Shown here: positions 10,610 to 24,067 of the stretch, piece by piece
How the letters are laid out: each line of letters opens with the position of its first letter
Numbering within the stretch: the first letter of the stretch is position 1
DNA from: Octopus bimaculoides
Taxonomy: Eukaryota
Reading direction: 5' to 3'
DNA: 38,731 bases
Assembly: GCF_001194135.2 (NCBI RefSeq)
Contig: NC_068986.1
Coordinates: forward strand, 74,395,148 to 74,433,878
Translations under genes and position numbers: made by a program
The notes under the pieces: generated by a model
What the model saw: only the letters and a program-made list of their open reading frames with translations
What the model was told of the DNA's origin: nothing
Database searches by the model: none

Positions 10610-11590
10610 TNNNNNNNNNNNNNNNNNNNNNNNNNNNNNNNNNNNNNNNNNNNNNNNNNNNNNNNNNNNNNNNNNNNNNNNNNNNNNNNNNNNNNNNNNN
10701 NNNNNNNNNNNNNNNNNNNNNNNNNNNNNNNNNNNNNNNNNNNNNNNNNNNNNNNNNNNNNNNNNNNNNNNNNNNNNNNNNNNNNNNNNNNNNNNNNNNN
10801 NNNNNNNNNNNNNNNNNNNNNNNNNNNNNNNNNNNNNNNNNNNNNNNNNNNNNNNNNNNNNNNNNNNNNNNNNNNNNNNNNNNNNNNNNNNNNNNNNNNN
10901 NNNNNNNNNNNNNNNNNNNNNNNNNNNNNNNNNNNNNNNNNNNNNNNNNNNNNNNNNNNNNNNNNNNNNNNNNNNNNNNNNNNNNNNNNNNNNNNNNNNN
11001 NNNNNNNNNNNNNNNNNNNNNNNNNNNNNNNNNNNNNNNNNNNNNNNNNNNNNNNNNNNNNNNNNNNNNNNNNNNNNNNNNNNNNNNNNNNNNNNNNNNN
11101 NNNNNNNNNNNNNNNNNNNNNNNNNNNNNNNNNNNNNNNNNNNNNNNNNNNNNNNNNNNNNNNNNNNNNNNNNNNNNNNNNNNNNNNNNNNNNNNNNNNN
11201 NNNNNNNNNNNNNNNNNNNNNNNNNNNNNNNNNNNNNNNNNNNNNNNNNNNNNNNNNNNNNNNNNNNNNNNNNNNNNNNNNNNNNNNNNNNNNNNNNNNN
11301 NNNNNNNNNNNNNNNNNNNNNNNNNATATATAGGTTATGAAGGGTAATGGAGTCAACCAGACCCGAATGATACAGGTAATACTGGGTAAGTGCTGTATAC
11401 CCACTAGTTTTACGCCTCAGGAGTGGTTGCAACATGAATGGGGAATATAACATGGGTCGTGTATTAGTGTGTGTATATATAAAAAGAATGAGATAAAGAG
11501 ACCAATAGCATAAATAAATTTATGTTTTATGTAGAATGTTTTACAGCTGTATAAATTTATTTATGCCATTGGTCTCTTTATCTCATTCTT

Positions 11591-11623
<33 letters not shown>

Positions 11624-11974
11624 ATTATAATTTAGAAGAAACAGTAAGTTGTCATTATAGTACTCGGCGTTTCAAATGTTGGAGTGAAGAGCTACAATAC
11701 ATTCTCGTCGGCTACTGATGGCAATAGATGCTATGAGAAAACCAATGAAGAAAAGGGACGTTACTGTTATAGGTAGAAAAAAATGAAAAAAAAACAGAAA
11801 AAAAATACACACAACCATATTCACACAATACATAGACATAAAACCTCCTGCATTCATAACGTCTACATACGTACACACTCACACAAACATGTTTATGTAC
11901 ATGCACATACACACAGACATATGTGTGGATGTATGTACTCATACATACACACATATCTACACACACATGTACAC

Positions 11975-12041
<67 letters not shown>

Positions 12042-12538
12042 TATGCAAATAGTATATAAACATACAGATACGCATACTCTCACACATACACATTCACACA
12101 ATTAAAAAGGAAAAAAGAAAAAGATGAAAAAAAATATATAGAAAATAAAAAACTATGCATAGCGGAACAGGTAAGGATTCTAAAGGACTCCTTCAACCTG
12201 GAGAACATCCTTAACTCCACTACAGAGTTCTTCGGACCATGCTTGCATTTCAGGAAATTCTTGCTGGCCTATTGGAATCCACACAATAACAGGGTCACTT
12301 GTGATTGATAGCCAAAGAGAGGCAGTCCTCTGTTGCTGACATTGAATAATGAGGTCTTTTCTGTCTCCATATTCTAGTGTGGCCATTTGCTAATGAGACA
12401 TTAAGCCAACAGGTTTTGGAATCTGATGATATGCCATAAAGCTAAGTGCTTTATGGATGTGAAAGCCAGGATAATCCCATAAACTGGCCTTGTCTAACTT
12501 AGAATGTGGTTGTTTTGCAGATTTGTGTCTTACCAATG

Positions 12539-12540
<2 letters not shown>

Positions 12541-12612
<72 letters not shown>
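12541..12612. repeat. (TA)n microsatellite
   Basis: Direct sequence. Confidence 0.95.
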
Positions 12613-12614
<2 letters not shown>

Positions 12615-12664
12615 ACACGTTCAAATTTGATTCTTTAAATCAGATATTAATATTAATATGTATT

Positions 12665-12885
12665 AGGGCAGTGAGCTGGCAGAATCGTGAGCACACTGGG
12701 TGAAACAATTAGCAACATTTTGTCCCGCTTTACGTAGTGAGTTCAAATTCCACCAAGGTTGACTGAGCCCGTCATCCTTTTTGGGGTTGATTAAATAAGT
12801 ACCAGTTGAGCACTGGAGAACTGATGTAATCAACTTACCCACTCTCTCAAAATTACTGGCCTTATGCCAAAATTTCAAACCATTA
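12665..12885 (+). mobile_element. SINE family B
   Basis: agggcagtgagctggcagaatcg head, gagttcaaattcc B box, and the family B core. Confidence 0.85.
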
Positions 12886-12902
12886 TTAATACATATATAT
12901 TC

Positions 12903-13035
12903 TGACAAGGTCAACTTTACTTTTCATTCTTTGAAGGGTAGATAAAACAAGTAACAGTCGAGCACTGGGGTAGATGTATTCAACTTACCCACTTTCTCAA
13001 AACTGCTGGCTTTGTGCCATAATTTGAAATCATTA
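12903..13035 (+). mobile_element. SINE family B, 5'-truncated, in tandem with the previous copy
   Basis: aaggtcaactttacttttcattc..gagcactggggtagatgt..gccataatttgaaa. Confidence 0.7.
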
Positions 13036-13404
13036 TAATCGTGTATAAGGTAGAGACTGTTTTGACCTGACATTAAATCTAACTCTACCAAAGCACCAGA
13101 GACTTCCTCCAGTTCTGTGAAACAAAACTACTTGTTTTAAAACTTCCATACTTGAATTAGAATCATCCATCCTAACTTTATGTTAAAAAAAAAGGGGAAC
13201 CTTTTGTTTGAAAAACTAACTTAATTATGGAAAAATTTGGTTATTTTACTAAGTTACTTCAAATTGTTGTTTTCAAAAGAAATTAATAGGAGAAACATAA
13301 GCAATGTACTTGTTGAAGAAATATAGTAGCGGAGGAGTTAATCTAGTGATATTTCTCTCATTTACTCAGTCAAGGAATATTGAAGAATATAGCCCCTCAT
13401 AAAA

Positions 13405-13735
13405 ACCATTATGACCACCACTATTACTACTGCTACCACCACCACCACCACCACAACCACCACTACCACCAACACCAACACCACCACCAACACTACTACC
13501 ACCACAACCATCACCACTATCGCCACCTTCAACACTACCATACCACCACAACCCTCACCATCAACACTACAGCTACCATCACTATCAACACTACCACTGC
13601 CACAACGATCAATACTACCATCACCACTACTACCACCACCACCACCACCACTACGACCAACACCACCATCAACATTGCCACCATCATCACCATATCCACT
13701 CCAACAGCATATCCACCATCACCCATCATCAATGT
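13405..13735. repeat. (ACC/ACT/ATC)n low-complexity tract
   Basis: Direct sequence. It produces the poly-T/H/P ORFs in the track. Confidence 0.9.
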
Positions 13736-13784
13736 CAGCAGATTTACAGTTTGTCGATTAGTTAAGTCTACAATATTTACTTCA

Positions 13785-13928
13785 TTGAAAATTCCGCCAA
13801 GGTTGACTTTGCCTTTCATCTTTTTGGAGTCGATAAATTAAGTACCAGTTGTGTACTGGGGCCGATCTAATCAACTTCACCCCTCCCTTCCAAAATTTTG
13901 GGCCTTGTACCTAGAGTAGAAAAGAATA
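13785..13928 (+). mobile_element. SINE family B, partial
   Basis: aattccgccaaggttgactttgcctttcatc..gtcgataaattaagtaccag. Confidence 0.8.
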
Positions 13929-14127
13929 CTCACTTCATTGTGTCCATCATCTTAAAGAAAGAACTGCAAAAACACTTAAATCTAGAACTAAAATTAAACA
14001 TATATCCACCCATGCCAACACAGAAAAGCAGATATACATGGTATAAACATGATGATGACCCACACGTGTAGACATAAACGCAATTGTTAACAGGAATCCT
14101 CCAATACAATTCAGTCTCCAAATAATT

Positions 14128-14650
<523 letters not shown>

Positions 14651-15258
14651 TGAGGAAACGTCTATACTTGACAAATTACATATATCTAAACAGCAGTAAG
14701 AAACAGTAAGACATTGTTGTTTTTTTGTTTGTTTGTTTTTTTTTTCTAATATGAGAATGAGTAACTTGACACAAGAAAAAATATAAAAGAAAAGACAAAA
14801 GGAGGAACAGGAGATGAGAGATGGGTGGAGGAAAGCTGTTGATTCTGTTCAATATTGCACATAAAATGTTTATTCTATATCAGAATTATAGCAAAAGTGA
14901 ATCAATGAACACCTCACTGCACACCAGTAACTGGCAAGAGATTAGCTTAAGAATTCTGTGCCAGGAGTTCTTCTTAGGTAAGGGAGAAGGGGGAGGGATA
15001 TAAGGAGGAGAGGAGAGATTTTGGAAGAAGAGGAAGGAAGAGGAGGAGAATATGAAGAAGAAGCCACCACCATTACCACCTAGAGTTTATGTTGATAAAG
15101 GAGAAGCAGGGAAGAGAGCATCATGGGTAATATATGAGAAAACGGTGAACACCAGTGAGTAAGAAAAAAGAATTGTTTGTTGGCATAGAAAATATAAGGC
15201 AAAATGGTGTATGTATGTGTGTATGGAAATACAAGCATGTATATTTATGTATGTGTGC

Positions 15259-15306
<48 letters not shown>

Positions 15307-15945
15307 GTATGTGTTTGTGTGTATGTATATACATGTGTACATATATATGTGTGTGTGTGTATACACATAAATACATAAATGCATGCAAAACATGAGAGAA
15401 AGGGAGAAATATAAGGTTGTGTTTAAATCCAAGAAGGTGACAAGCTCCATATAAAGGTATAACAAAAAGAAATGGATTTACAGTAGATAAAAATGAGCGA
15501 AGGAGACAAAAGAATATTAAATCTTTTAAGAGTATGTGCGTCTGTTTATTTTTTTTTTTTTAAGATGAGGAGCAAAAAACGAAAAAATATAAAAAATAAA
15601 AAAAACCAGTCGAGAAATGCTTTTTGGGTGTTGTTAAAATTTAGCTTCTCCCATATTCCTGGGGCCTGTGGATATATTCATGTAAAAACATATATCTATT
15701 GCAGTTTTTCCATTAATTATCTGTAGTTCATCTTTATTTTAATTTTATTTATTTATTTATTTTTTTGTGAAGTTCAACTGAAAACTGAAAACAGGAGTAG
15801 TAAAGGAAATGCATTTAACTCTGTGATATAGAATAGAGGATGATAAAAAAAAAAAAGGAAAAAAAATGCAACATCGATTATTGTCCCTCAAAAGAAGAAT
15901 TTTTGAGAAAAGTTTTCAGAACTCACTTTTAGTTGATGATCAGCT

Positions 15946-15960
15946 TTATTATTATTATTA

Positions 15961-16027
<67 letters not shown>

Positions 16028-16052
16028 CATTATTATCATTATTATTATTATT
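15946..16052. repeat. (ATT)n microsatellite
   Basis: Direct sequence. Confidence 0.95.
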
Positions 16053-16159
16053 ATCTTTTTTTTTTTCCTAAGTTCTTTTCTATTTGTCAAATTTCTTTTC
16101 AAGTTCTGTTTGTTACAGTTTGTTCCCTTCTGAACAAAACAACAAAATTATTTCTTCAG

Positions 16160-16165
<6 letters not shown>

Positions 16166-16223
<58 letters not shown>
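16166..16223. repeat. (AG)n microsatellite
   Basis: Direct sequence. Confidence 0.95.
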
Positions 16224-16246
<23 letters not shown>

Positions 16247-16430
16247 AACATAAGTAACTGAATATGCGATGCTTATATTTTCTCTGTATTTAAGATGTAA
16301 ATGATGATAGTGTGTAATGTAAATTCATCATAATCATAGTGATGATGATGATGGTTGTAGTGGTGGTGGTAGGGGATAGTTATATCATAATCTTATGATA
16401 ACCTGACAGAAATCATTTTGAAAGGATGTT

Positions 16431-16770
16431 ATCATCATCATCATCATCATCATCATCATTTAGCGTCTTCTTTCCATGCTGGCTTGGATTGGCTGATTTG
16501 ACACAGAGCTGGCTAGCAGGGAGCTGTTCAGATCCCAGCTGTCTTTCAAGAAATGGTTTCTGTGGCCGGATGCCTTTCCTAATGCCAACCACTTAGCAAA
16601 GAGTGCTGGGTGCTTTTTACGTGCCACCAACCCAGGTGCGTTTATGCAGCATCGGCATGAGTGTGTCAATGCAGCACCGACATGGGTACCTGAAAGGATG
16701 AGCTTGTATGTGTGGAAGACAGCGATTCTACTTAACTTGATGTGTCTTATCAAGTGCAGTAAATCAACTC
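16431..16770 (-). mobile_element. Family E copy
   Basis: (CAT)n tail; ggatgcctttcctaatgccaaccac core; ggtgctttttacgtgccacc unit. Confidence 0.85.
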
Positions 16771-16794
16771 ATCTCCCAATCTGTCATAAATTTA

Positions 16795-16990
16795 GAACTG
16801 GTTGAATCATTATCATGCCGAACAAAATGCTTATTTGTATTTCGTTTGGCTTTATGTTCTGAGATCAAATTCTATGAAGGTCAGCATTGCCTTTCGACCT
16901 TTCAAGGTTAATAAAATAAGTAGCAGTTGAGCACTGAGGTTGATGTAATGGATTAGAGTCTCACCTCCAAATTTCAGGCCTTGGCCTTGA
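16795..16990 (+). mobile_element. SINE family B
   Basis: aaaatgctta..gttctgagatcaaattc..gcctttcgacc..ataaaataagtagcag. Confidence 0.75.
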
Positions 16991-17000
16991 AGCATGATCT

Positions 17001-17436
17001 TTGAATGTTGAGCCTCATAAAGGCAATGACGATTGACTGAGACCTTTGGTGATATGCTATGCTTCAGAAGACCTGTGGAGTCAGGTGAAATCATAGTCGT
17101 GGCATGTAAAATGCACCCTTCAAATGTTGGGCCTCACAGAGACAATGATAAGTGACTGAGACCTTTGGCAATATGCCATACTTGAGAAGATCCATCAAGC
17201 CAAATAAAATTGTAATTGTGGCCGATGCCAGTGTCACATACTTGGCACCCATGCTGGTTGCATGTAAAAAACACCCATTACACTCTTGGAGTGGTAGGCA
17301 TTAGGCAGGGCATCCAGCCATAGAAACCATGCCAAATCAGACTTAAACCTGGAGCAGACCTCCAGCTTATCAGTTTCAGCCAAATTGTCTAACCTATGCC
17401 AGCATGGAAAGCAGATGCTAAATAATGATGATGATG
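17001..17436 (+). mobile_element. Family E copy with an internal ~120-bp duplication
   Basis: aatgttg(a/g)gcctca..gactgagacctttgg occurs twice; core ggcattaggcagggcatccagc; (ATG)n tail. Confidence 0.8.
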
Positions 17437-17477
17437 GCATCTATAGTAGAAAGAATTATTATTGTCTAAATGCCACT

Positions 17478-17605
17478 GTAGTCAATTTTCACTTTTCATC
17501 CATTCTGGGTCGATAAAATAATTACCAGTTAAACATTAGAGTCGATGTAACCAACTAGATCCTCTCCCAGAAATTAAGGCCTTTGTGCTTGTAATTGAAA
17601 GGATT
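17478..17605 (+). mobile_element. SINE family B, partial
   Basis: cttttcatccattctgggtcgataaaataattaccag. Confidence 0.7.
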
Positions 17606-17758
17606 ATCATTATTCATATATCTGCAAAAGCCGATTATTTGTCTCAAGGAAGGCTTCCAACACTTGTAAACTATGAGATGGTTTATATAGAAAATCAAAT
17701 ATGACTACTCGGGCATCAAGATCTTGGCTCTTGGCTTTGTTGGTTGTTTAACCACAAA

Positions 17759-17987
17759 TTAACCCTTTAGCATTCAGATTACTTTATCAAATGTTAAGCT
17801 TATTTATTCACATTGTTTTGAATTAATTATGTATTATTTTGTATTTGCACGATTTCAAATGATGTGAATGTTTACTCTTAGGATGACATTGTAGGATAGG
17901 TGTGAGAGGCAAGATCTGGCTGGTTTGAATGTAAAACAGGTTAGATATTCAGGCTGGATATGGTCAGTTTAAATGCTAATGGATTAA
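17759..17987. mobile_element. piggyBac-like MITE (TTAA-bounded)
   Basis: Termini ttaaccctttagcatt and aatgctaatggattaa. Homologous copies in the opposite orientation lie at 22304 and 38173. Confidence 0.8.
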
Positions 17988-18780
17988 TCTTGATCAGTAG
18001 ACCTATGCATTTTCTCAATGGTACTCTCACTGGAGAGGTTGATAAGCTCTCAGTGAAACAGAACCAGTTACCTCACAACTCTGCTTTCTTCATCTGTTTA
18101 CCATCCACTTTATTGTGTGTACAGAGTGTATTGGTCATGACTCCAGCACAAAGAGGTTGTCAAGTCCTCAGCAAAATAAGACTGAAGGACCTCTAAACTC
18201 TGCCACTGTTTACTCATCGATCATTCTAGAGAGTGTGCAGGAGGTGGTTTGATGTGTTGGTGGGAAGTGCTCCATTGTTGTAGCCGCACACAAGAGTTGC
18301 CTTACACTCTGCTAGTTTTGAAAACATTCAGTGACCTGCAATTGGTACTTTTGTTCAGGTCCTGCACTCAAGGAGAGAAACAACTGAAGACTACAATGGA
18401 TGTGAAAGGAGCAAGAATAGGATGGTGGAGATGGAATTAATAGGGTGAAGAGGACAGAGGAATGATGGACAATAGTAGAGGTGGCCAAAGTAGTAGTAGG
18501 TGATTAGGAACAAATAGAAGTGGGCTATAGAAGAGAGAGTGATGGACAGTAGTATAAATAGGATGAATCAAATACAGATGGTTTGATGCAGTCTCTTACA
18601 GATAGGCCTGGAGGGTAGAGTGATGGGGAGAGTCCAATACAGTCCAATACAGGAGGATGACAGAGTGATGAGGATGGTAGGAAATGTCTTCAAGAATATT
18701 TTCTTTCTTATTTTTGGTAAAATTAAGATTTCTTTTTGTACATTATAAGACGATCTTAACTGATTCTTAACATTAAGGCA

Positions 18781-19315
18781 TTCATCCTCATCATCATCCT
18801 CATTATCACTATTTCACATTCACTTCCTAGCTAGCATGAGTTAAACAGGCATTCTTATTTGGAGTTACTGCCCCCCCCCCCCAAGACTATGCCTAATCCA
18901 TACATTCCATTTTTGGCAAAGTTTCTACAACTAGATAGGGTACCCTTCGGTCATGAATGACTATAGGATTGCATCTGAAAACTTACCCTCCAAGGCACAA
19001 GTCCAGGCAAGGTTGTTTATGGAAGACCAGTAGTTGCCCATGCATATCAGCCTCGCCTCTCCATGCCACCGGTGTTATCCAAGGAAAAGGTAAAGGCTGA
19101 TATAACTTGGCACCAGTGATGTTGCAATTTATATCTACAGCTGAGCGAACTGGAGCAACATGAAACAAAGGGTCTTGCTCAAGAACACAACACACAGCTC
19201 AGTCCAGGAATCGAACTCACTACCTCATGATTGTGAACCTGATTCTCTAACCACTGAGCCATGTGCCTACAACTAGATATTCATCCTAATTCCAACCATT
19301 TTACAGAGTTTACCG
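18781..19315 (-). mobile_element. Old family E copy split by a SINE C insertion
   Basis: CAT tail at 18781. The core ggcaaagtttctacaactagata resumes as ttcatcctaattccaaccattttacagag after the insertion. Confidence 0.7.
18938..19266 (-). mobile_element. tRNA-derived CORE-like SINE family C, with 13-bp TSD
   Basis: Head (reverse) ggaatcgaactc..ctctaaccactgagccat; body cttgctcaagaacacaac; TSD ctacaactagata at 18925-18937 and 19267-19279. Confidence 0.9.
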
Positions 19316-19984
19316 GGTGAATTTTATCAGGACTCCAATAATAGAGAGGTTGTATTAAATTTTTAAAAATTCAGTTATTTTATTCCTCTTCTAATAAGGG
19401 AGCTCGTATTTATTCTGTATATGCTGGATTAAATTTCAGTCCTCGTTGCACAATGTTAAGGTTTATACTGAAGCTGAAACACCTTCAATAGTTACTGAGA
19501 TGCTTGAGTTTCCTGTACAGCATTTGTCAAACTAAAGCTTCTATCCCTCAGAGGATACTATTTATGTAATTGATAAAGAATTTTCTGGAAAATGTAGTTT
19601 GGATCACATTATGACAGTATACAAGTCTGAATTCCTGAGTGAAAATAAATAGATTTTGTTAAAAAATGTAGTTTTTTCAAAATAAGTTGGGATAGGTTTG
19701 CATATGTTTATACATGTAGGAACACATATAAACATATACGTATTTGCCATTCATTCACACATACACATGGTAACTCTATACCATTAACCATCACCAGTTG
19801 TTATGCTGCAGAACATTCTGTCTTCATGAGATCTCAAGTGAAGTTTCTAATGGTTATGGTACCTTTTAATAGTTTCACTTCTTCCTATAACGCTAACCAA
19901 TATTGGTGCTACTTGGAAATTGCTTGGTGTTATTGTTGATTATTCCTTCCATCTATTTGCACTTTATCTCTGTTATTTACCAGT

Positions 19985-20145
19985 CTCTCTGTCTCTGTCT
20001 ATCTTTCTCTATGTCTCTCTCTGTCTCTGTCTATCTTTCTCTCTCTGTCTCTGTCTATCTTTCTCTCTGTCTCTTTCTGTCTCTGTCTGCCTTTATGTTT
20101 CTGTCTGTCTGTCTCTATCTGTCTCTCTCTGTCTCTCTCTCTCCT
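19985..20145. repeat. (CTGT/CT)n compound microsatellite
   Basis: Direct sequence. Confidence 0.9.
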
Positions 20146-20339
20146 TATCCATGAAGACTAACACTAAGTATAACCAGTCTAACTTAAGATTTAGATATTT
20201 CAACTTTGCTATTATCTCTCAGCTCAGTATAATGTTTTCCTCTGGCATGTCCATATTAAATATATTCTGCAACATTCTGTGCTTATCTCTATTGTCCACT
20301 AATTATTATTTTAACCAATGAAGAGGGAAAGCATCTATG

Positions 20340-20495
20340 TGGTCACTCAACCTGTTAGAAATAGCTACCAAATCTCAAATCACATCCAACATTTTAAGAA
20401 AAAGGTCAAAGGATATAGTAGCCCTGGGTTTCCTGTACATTGGAAAAAGATGGGAATGGTCATGGCTGGAAAGCCTTTGATGATAGGTCTGCTTA
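20340..20495 (+). repeat. Unclassified dispersed repeat (family F)
   Basis: cctgttagaaa(t/c)agc..aaatcaca..ggtcat(g/a)gctggaa recurs at about 30145-30307, with a reverse partial copy at about 7935-7995. Confidence 0.6.
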
Positions 20496-20574
20496 ATAAG
20501 ACTGGGAAACAACTAATCATCATTTAAATTAGAAAAGCTTTTATGCAGCTGCTCAATAAATAATTTAACATGGC

Positions 20575-20905
20575 AAAGGTAAAGACCCCTTTGGTCATAA
20601 ATTACCATAGAATTGCACCCAGAAAGTTCCCCTCCAAGGTACAAGTTTAGGTAAGGTTGTTTATGGGAGACCAGCAGTCAGCCATGCATACCAGCCTCCC
20701 TTCCCCATGCCAACAATGTTGCCCAAGGGAAAGCCAACACCAATACAGCTTGGCACCAGTGATGTTGCAACTCATTTCTACAGTTGAATGAACTGAAGCA
20801 ACATGAAATAAAGTGTCTTGCTCAAGAACATAACACACAACCCAGTCTGGGAATCAAACTGACTACCCCATGATTATGAACCCGATGCTCTAACTATTGA
20901 GTTTT
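20575..20905 (-). mobile_element. SINE family C
   Basis: Colinear with the 18938-19266 copy. Confidence 0.9.
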
Positions 20906-21907
20906 GTGCTTTTTTAAAAAAAATAATGAGGAAAGAAAACTCCGAATGACTTGTCCTTGTTTCCTTGTATCGTCTATCTGGATGTTTTGTCCCTTTCTTG
21001 TATCACCTAACTGTCGGGATGTTTTGCGTCCTTGTTCCATCTGTATTATTTATACATGCATATATATATATAGATATATATATATATATATATATACACG
21101 TAAATGTAGAATGATGAAAAGTTTGCTCAATGCCAATTTGGTGGATAAATAATTTCTTTATTTGTGAATTAAGACTACCATTGGTTTCATGTTAAGAAGA
21201 ATTTGAAAATATTTAAGTATGGTGTTCACCTCTATAGTGGAGGTGAACACCTTTTTCCATGAGATTGGCTTGAAAAATTGATAAGATACTTGGATNNNNN
21301 NNNNNNNNNNNNNNNNNNNNNNNNNNNNNNNNNNNNNNNNNNNNNNNNNNNNNNNNNNNNNNNNNNNNNNNNNNNNNNNNNNNNNNNNNNNNNNNNNNNA
21401 TATATATATATATAAAGACAAGATGGTTAAGACTAACATTTGCTCAGAGGGAGCTAACCAGAGACTAAGCAGTAGCTGATTGTCACTCTGTTCTTCTCAA
21501 CTGTAAGTTCAATACCAGCTAAGAAGGTTTATTCAAAAACTACACAATGTTCTGCTTGTGCCAAAATATTGTATGTGATTCACATATACACATTACATAT
21601 TTTTCTTATTTTATGATGTGTCCCAGAGCATCTACAAGATGATTCTTAAAACCCTTGTATAAAATATATAAAAGTGTTCAATATACTCTCGTGTTAGGAG
21701 TGTGTAAAATCTGATATAGATATTTGCTTGTAATCTTAATAGGATTACATATCTGAACCAATGTTTCATTCAATTTACTTTTTATTTGAGTATACATTGC
21801 ATCAGGTTGAGAAGAAATCACTATTAACATCTGAATGGTTTTAATTGTGTTTGCATTGTTTCCAGTTAATCACATGGTCACTTGCTATGCATTATGTATA
21901 AGGAGAG

Positions 21908-22120
21908 CGAGGCAGCAAGCTCACAGGATTGTAAGCATGCTGGGCAAAATTATTAGCAGTATTTTGTCTATCTATACATTCTGAGTTCAAACTCTGCCAA
22001 GGTTGAATTTGTCTTTCATCTTTTCAGGGTTGATAAAATAAGTATCAGTTGAGCCCTGAGGTTGGTATAATCAACTTACACCCGCTTCCTCTGAATTTTG
22101 TGCCAAAATTTCAAACCGTT
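21908..22120 (+). mobile_element. SINE family B
   Basis: gagttcaaactc B box and ctttcatcttttcagggttgataaaataagtatcag core. Confidence 0.8.
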
Positions 22121-22303
22121 ATGTATAAGGAGTGTAAAGAGAACACCATTGAACTTTCTAAGTAAATTTGTGGTTGAAGAGAGAAAGGAAAGACCACTAC
22201 TGTAATTACATGTGTGATTTTTTGTAAAGTACCAGCATTTAGAATCGGACTGAAGTACAGTGAGTACTATGTTTTGCAGAGAGACTTCATAGCAGTTTCC
22301 ACT

Positions 22304-22530
22304 TTAACCCTTCAGCATTTAAACTGGCCATATCAGGCCCAAGTATTTGACATGTTTCACGTTCAAATTGACCAAATTCAGTCTCTCACACCTATTATAC
22401 AATGTCCTCCTAAAGATATACTACCACATCATAGAAATATAGAGGCAGTGAGATAATGCATGATTAATTCAAACAATTTGAATAAATAATCATTACATTT
22501 AACAGAATAATCTGAGTGCTCAAAGGTTAA
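22304..22530. mobile_element. piggyBac-like MITE, same family as 17759
   Basis: Termini ttaacccttcagcatt and gtgctcaaaggttaa; the interior is the reverse complement of 17759-17987. Confidence 0.8.
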
Positions 22531-22715
22531 AACAAAATAACTGAATTTATTTAGCTTCCAAACATATACCTAAATCCCTTCTCATGAATCTTAAAATCAG
22601 TCCTCTGAACACTTGATGAATAGCAAGAGACAACATGATTTCCAAAAATTAAACCAGTTGCATTTTAAACTTTTCAGCCATTAATATTTCTTACTTTTCA
22701 ATCTGTTGATGTGTA

Positions 22716-23021
22716 AAGGGTAAAGGCACCCCCTTTGGTCATGAATGACCATGGGATTGCACCTAGAAAGTTACCCTCTGAGGCACAAGTCAAGGCCTTG
22801 TTTATCGAAGACCAGCAGTTGCCCATGCATACCAGCCTCAACTCTCCACACCACTGATGTTATCCAAGGGAAAGGCAAAGGCCAATGAAGCTTGGCACCA
22901 GTGACATCACAACTCATTTTTACAGCTGAGTGAACTGGAGAAATGTGTCTTGTTCAAGAACACAACACACAGCCTGGTCCAGGAATTGAACTCACTACCT
23001 GATGCTCCAACTACTGAGCCA
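22716..23021 (-). mobile_element. SINE family C with a 12-bp near-perfect TSD
   Basis: tgttgatgtgta (22704-22715) versus tgttgatatgta (23022-23033). Confidence 0.88.
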
Positions 23022-24067
23022 TGTTGATATGTATAGCCAACCAAAAGGAAGATTGAATAAAACTGTAGTTCTGTTTACCTTACATAAGACAAACATTTGT
23101 GTGTGTGTGTGGGGGGGGGGGGCAAGTGAAGAAGAGCCTTCTAGGTGCAGACCACTAATGTGAAATAAAATATACTGTCATCTTTAAAGAAATATTTTTG
23201 GTTTAAAATGACAGCCTGCAAACTAATGATATAACAGAAGGAAGATCATAGGAGAACATTCTTGTACCCAGAAGTACACCTCTGTTAACGAGCTCTGTCT
23301 TGAAATGACAATAGAAGATGCAAATAAGAAACTTCTGATACAAGAGACAACAGACGTCTGGTAGCCAGATAATAAAGAAAGCTTTGCTTGAAAGTTACTG
23401 AGTTAAACATTTTGGAAGAATTTTCAAGTATCAGTGCAACAAGAGGAATCATGCTGGTTTTGAGTGGAGAGAAAGCGAGTCTCCATCAGTTTTGAAAGAT
23501 CTTCTTCACCATCTTTGTTCTCTTTCTCATTATCTTCCATTTCCAAAATGATAGCCCATAGCCTAAGAGATGCTGTACACTCAATTCCGACCAGTTTCAC
23601 TTTCACCATTGTTTCCCTCTCCATGACAAGATTGGCAACTTCATTAAATTTAATATTGCATCTCATTAGATCTTTGTTAACTTGGGAATTGTCTGTCTTA
23701 TAATAACACAAAAATTCTACAGCTTGAGTTTTGTAATTAAAAAATATAGCCTTTGGTATGATTGCAAAAGTGCAAATTGATAGCATTTAATATTTGAAAA
23801 GTTAAAGTTTTATTCGATATGCTTCATGAGCTGTAAACATGTATCGAAAGAATTATGTCACACCATTAAAGTCTAGAATATATTTTTTAATATTAAAAAG
23901 ACATTAAAATGATTTCAATGCATCTACATGTGTATGTAATGATTAAAAGTTGCTTATTAAACTCATTACTATCCTTTCTTTCTAGTCTTATATCAGTTAA
24001 TACAGCCAGCTGTTTTCTGAAAAGGAGCTAATATCTATATATATGTGGTGAGAAAGGTTCTACATAC

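Noticed and set aside
12180-12386. 68-aa minus ORF and an open plus frame in unique DNA
   Set aside because: No consistent splice-site pair or recognisable motif; the length is at chance level.
13380-13841. His-, Thr- and Pro-rich ORFs (mucin-like)
   Set aside because: Open in several frames and on both strands because of stop-free (ACC)n low complexity; the ORF runs into a SINE.
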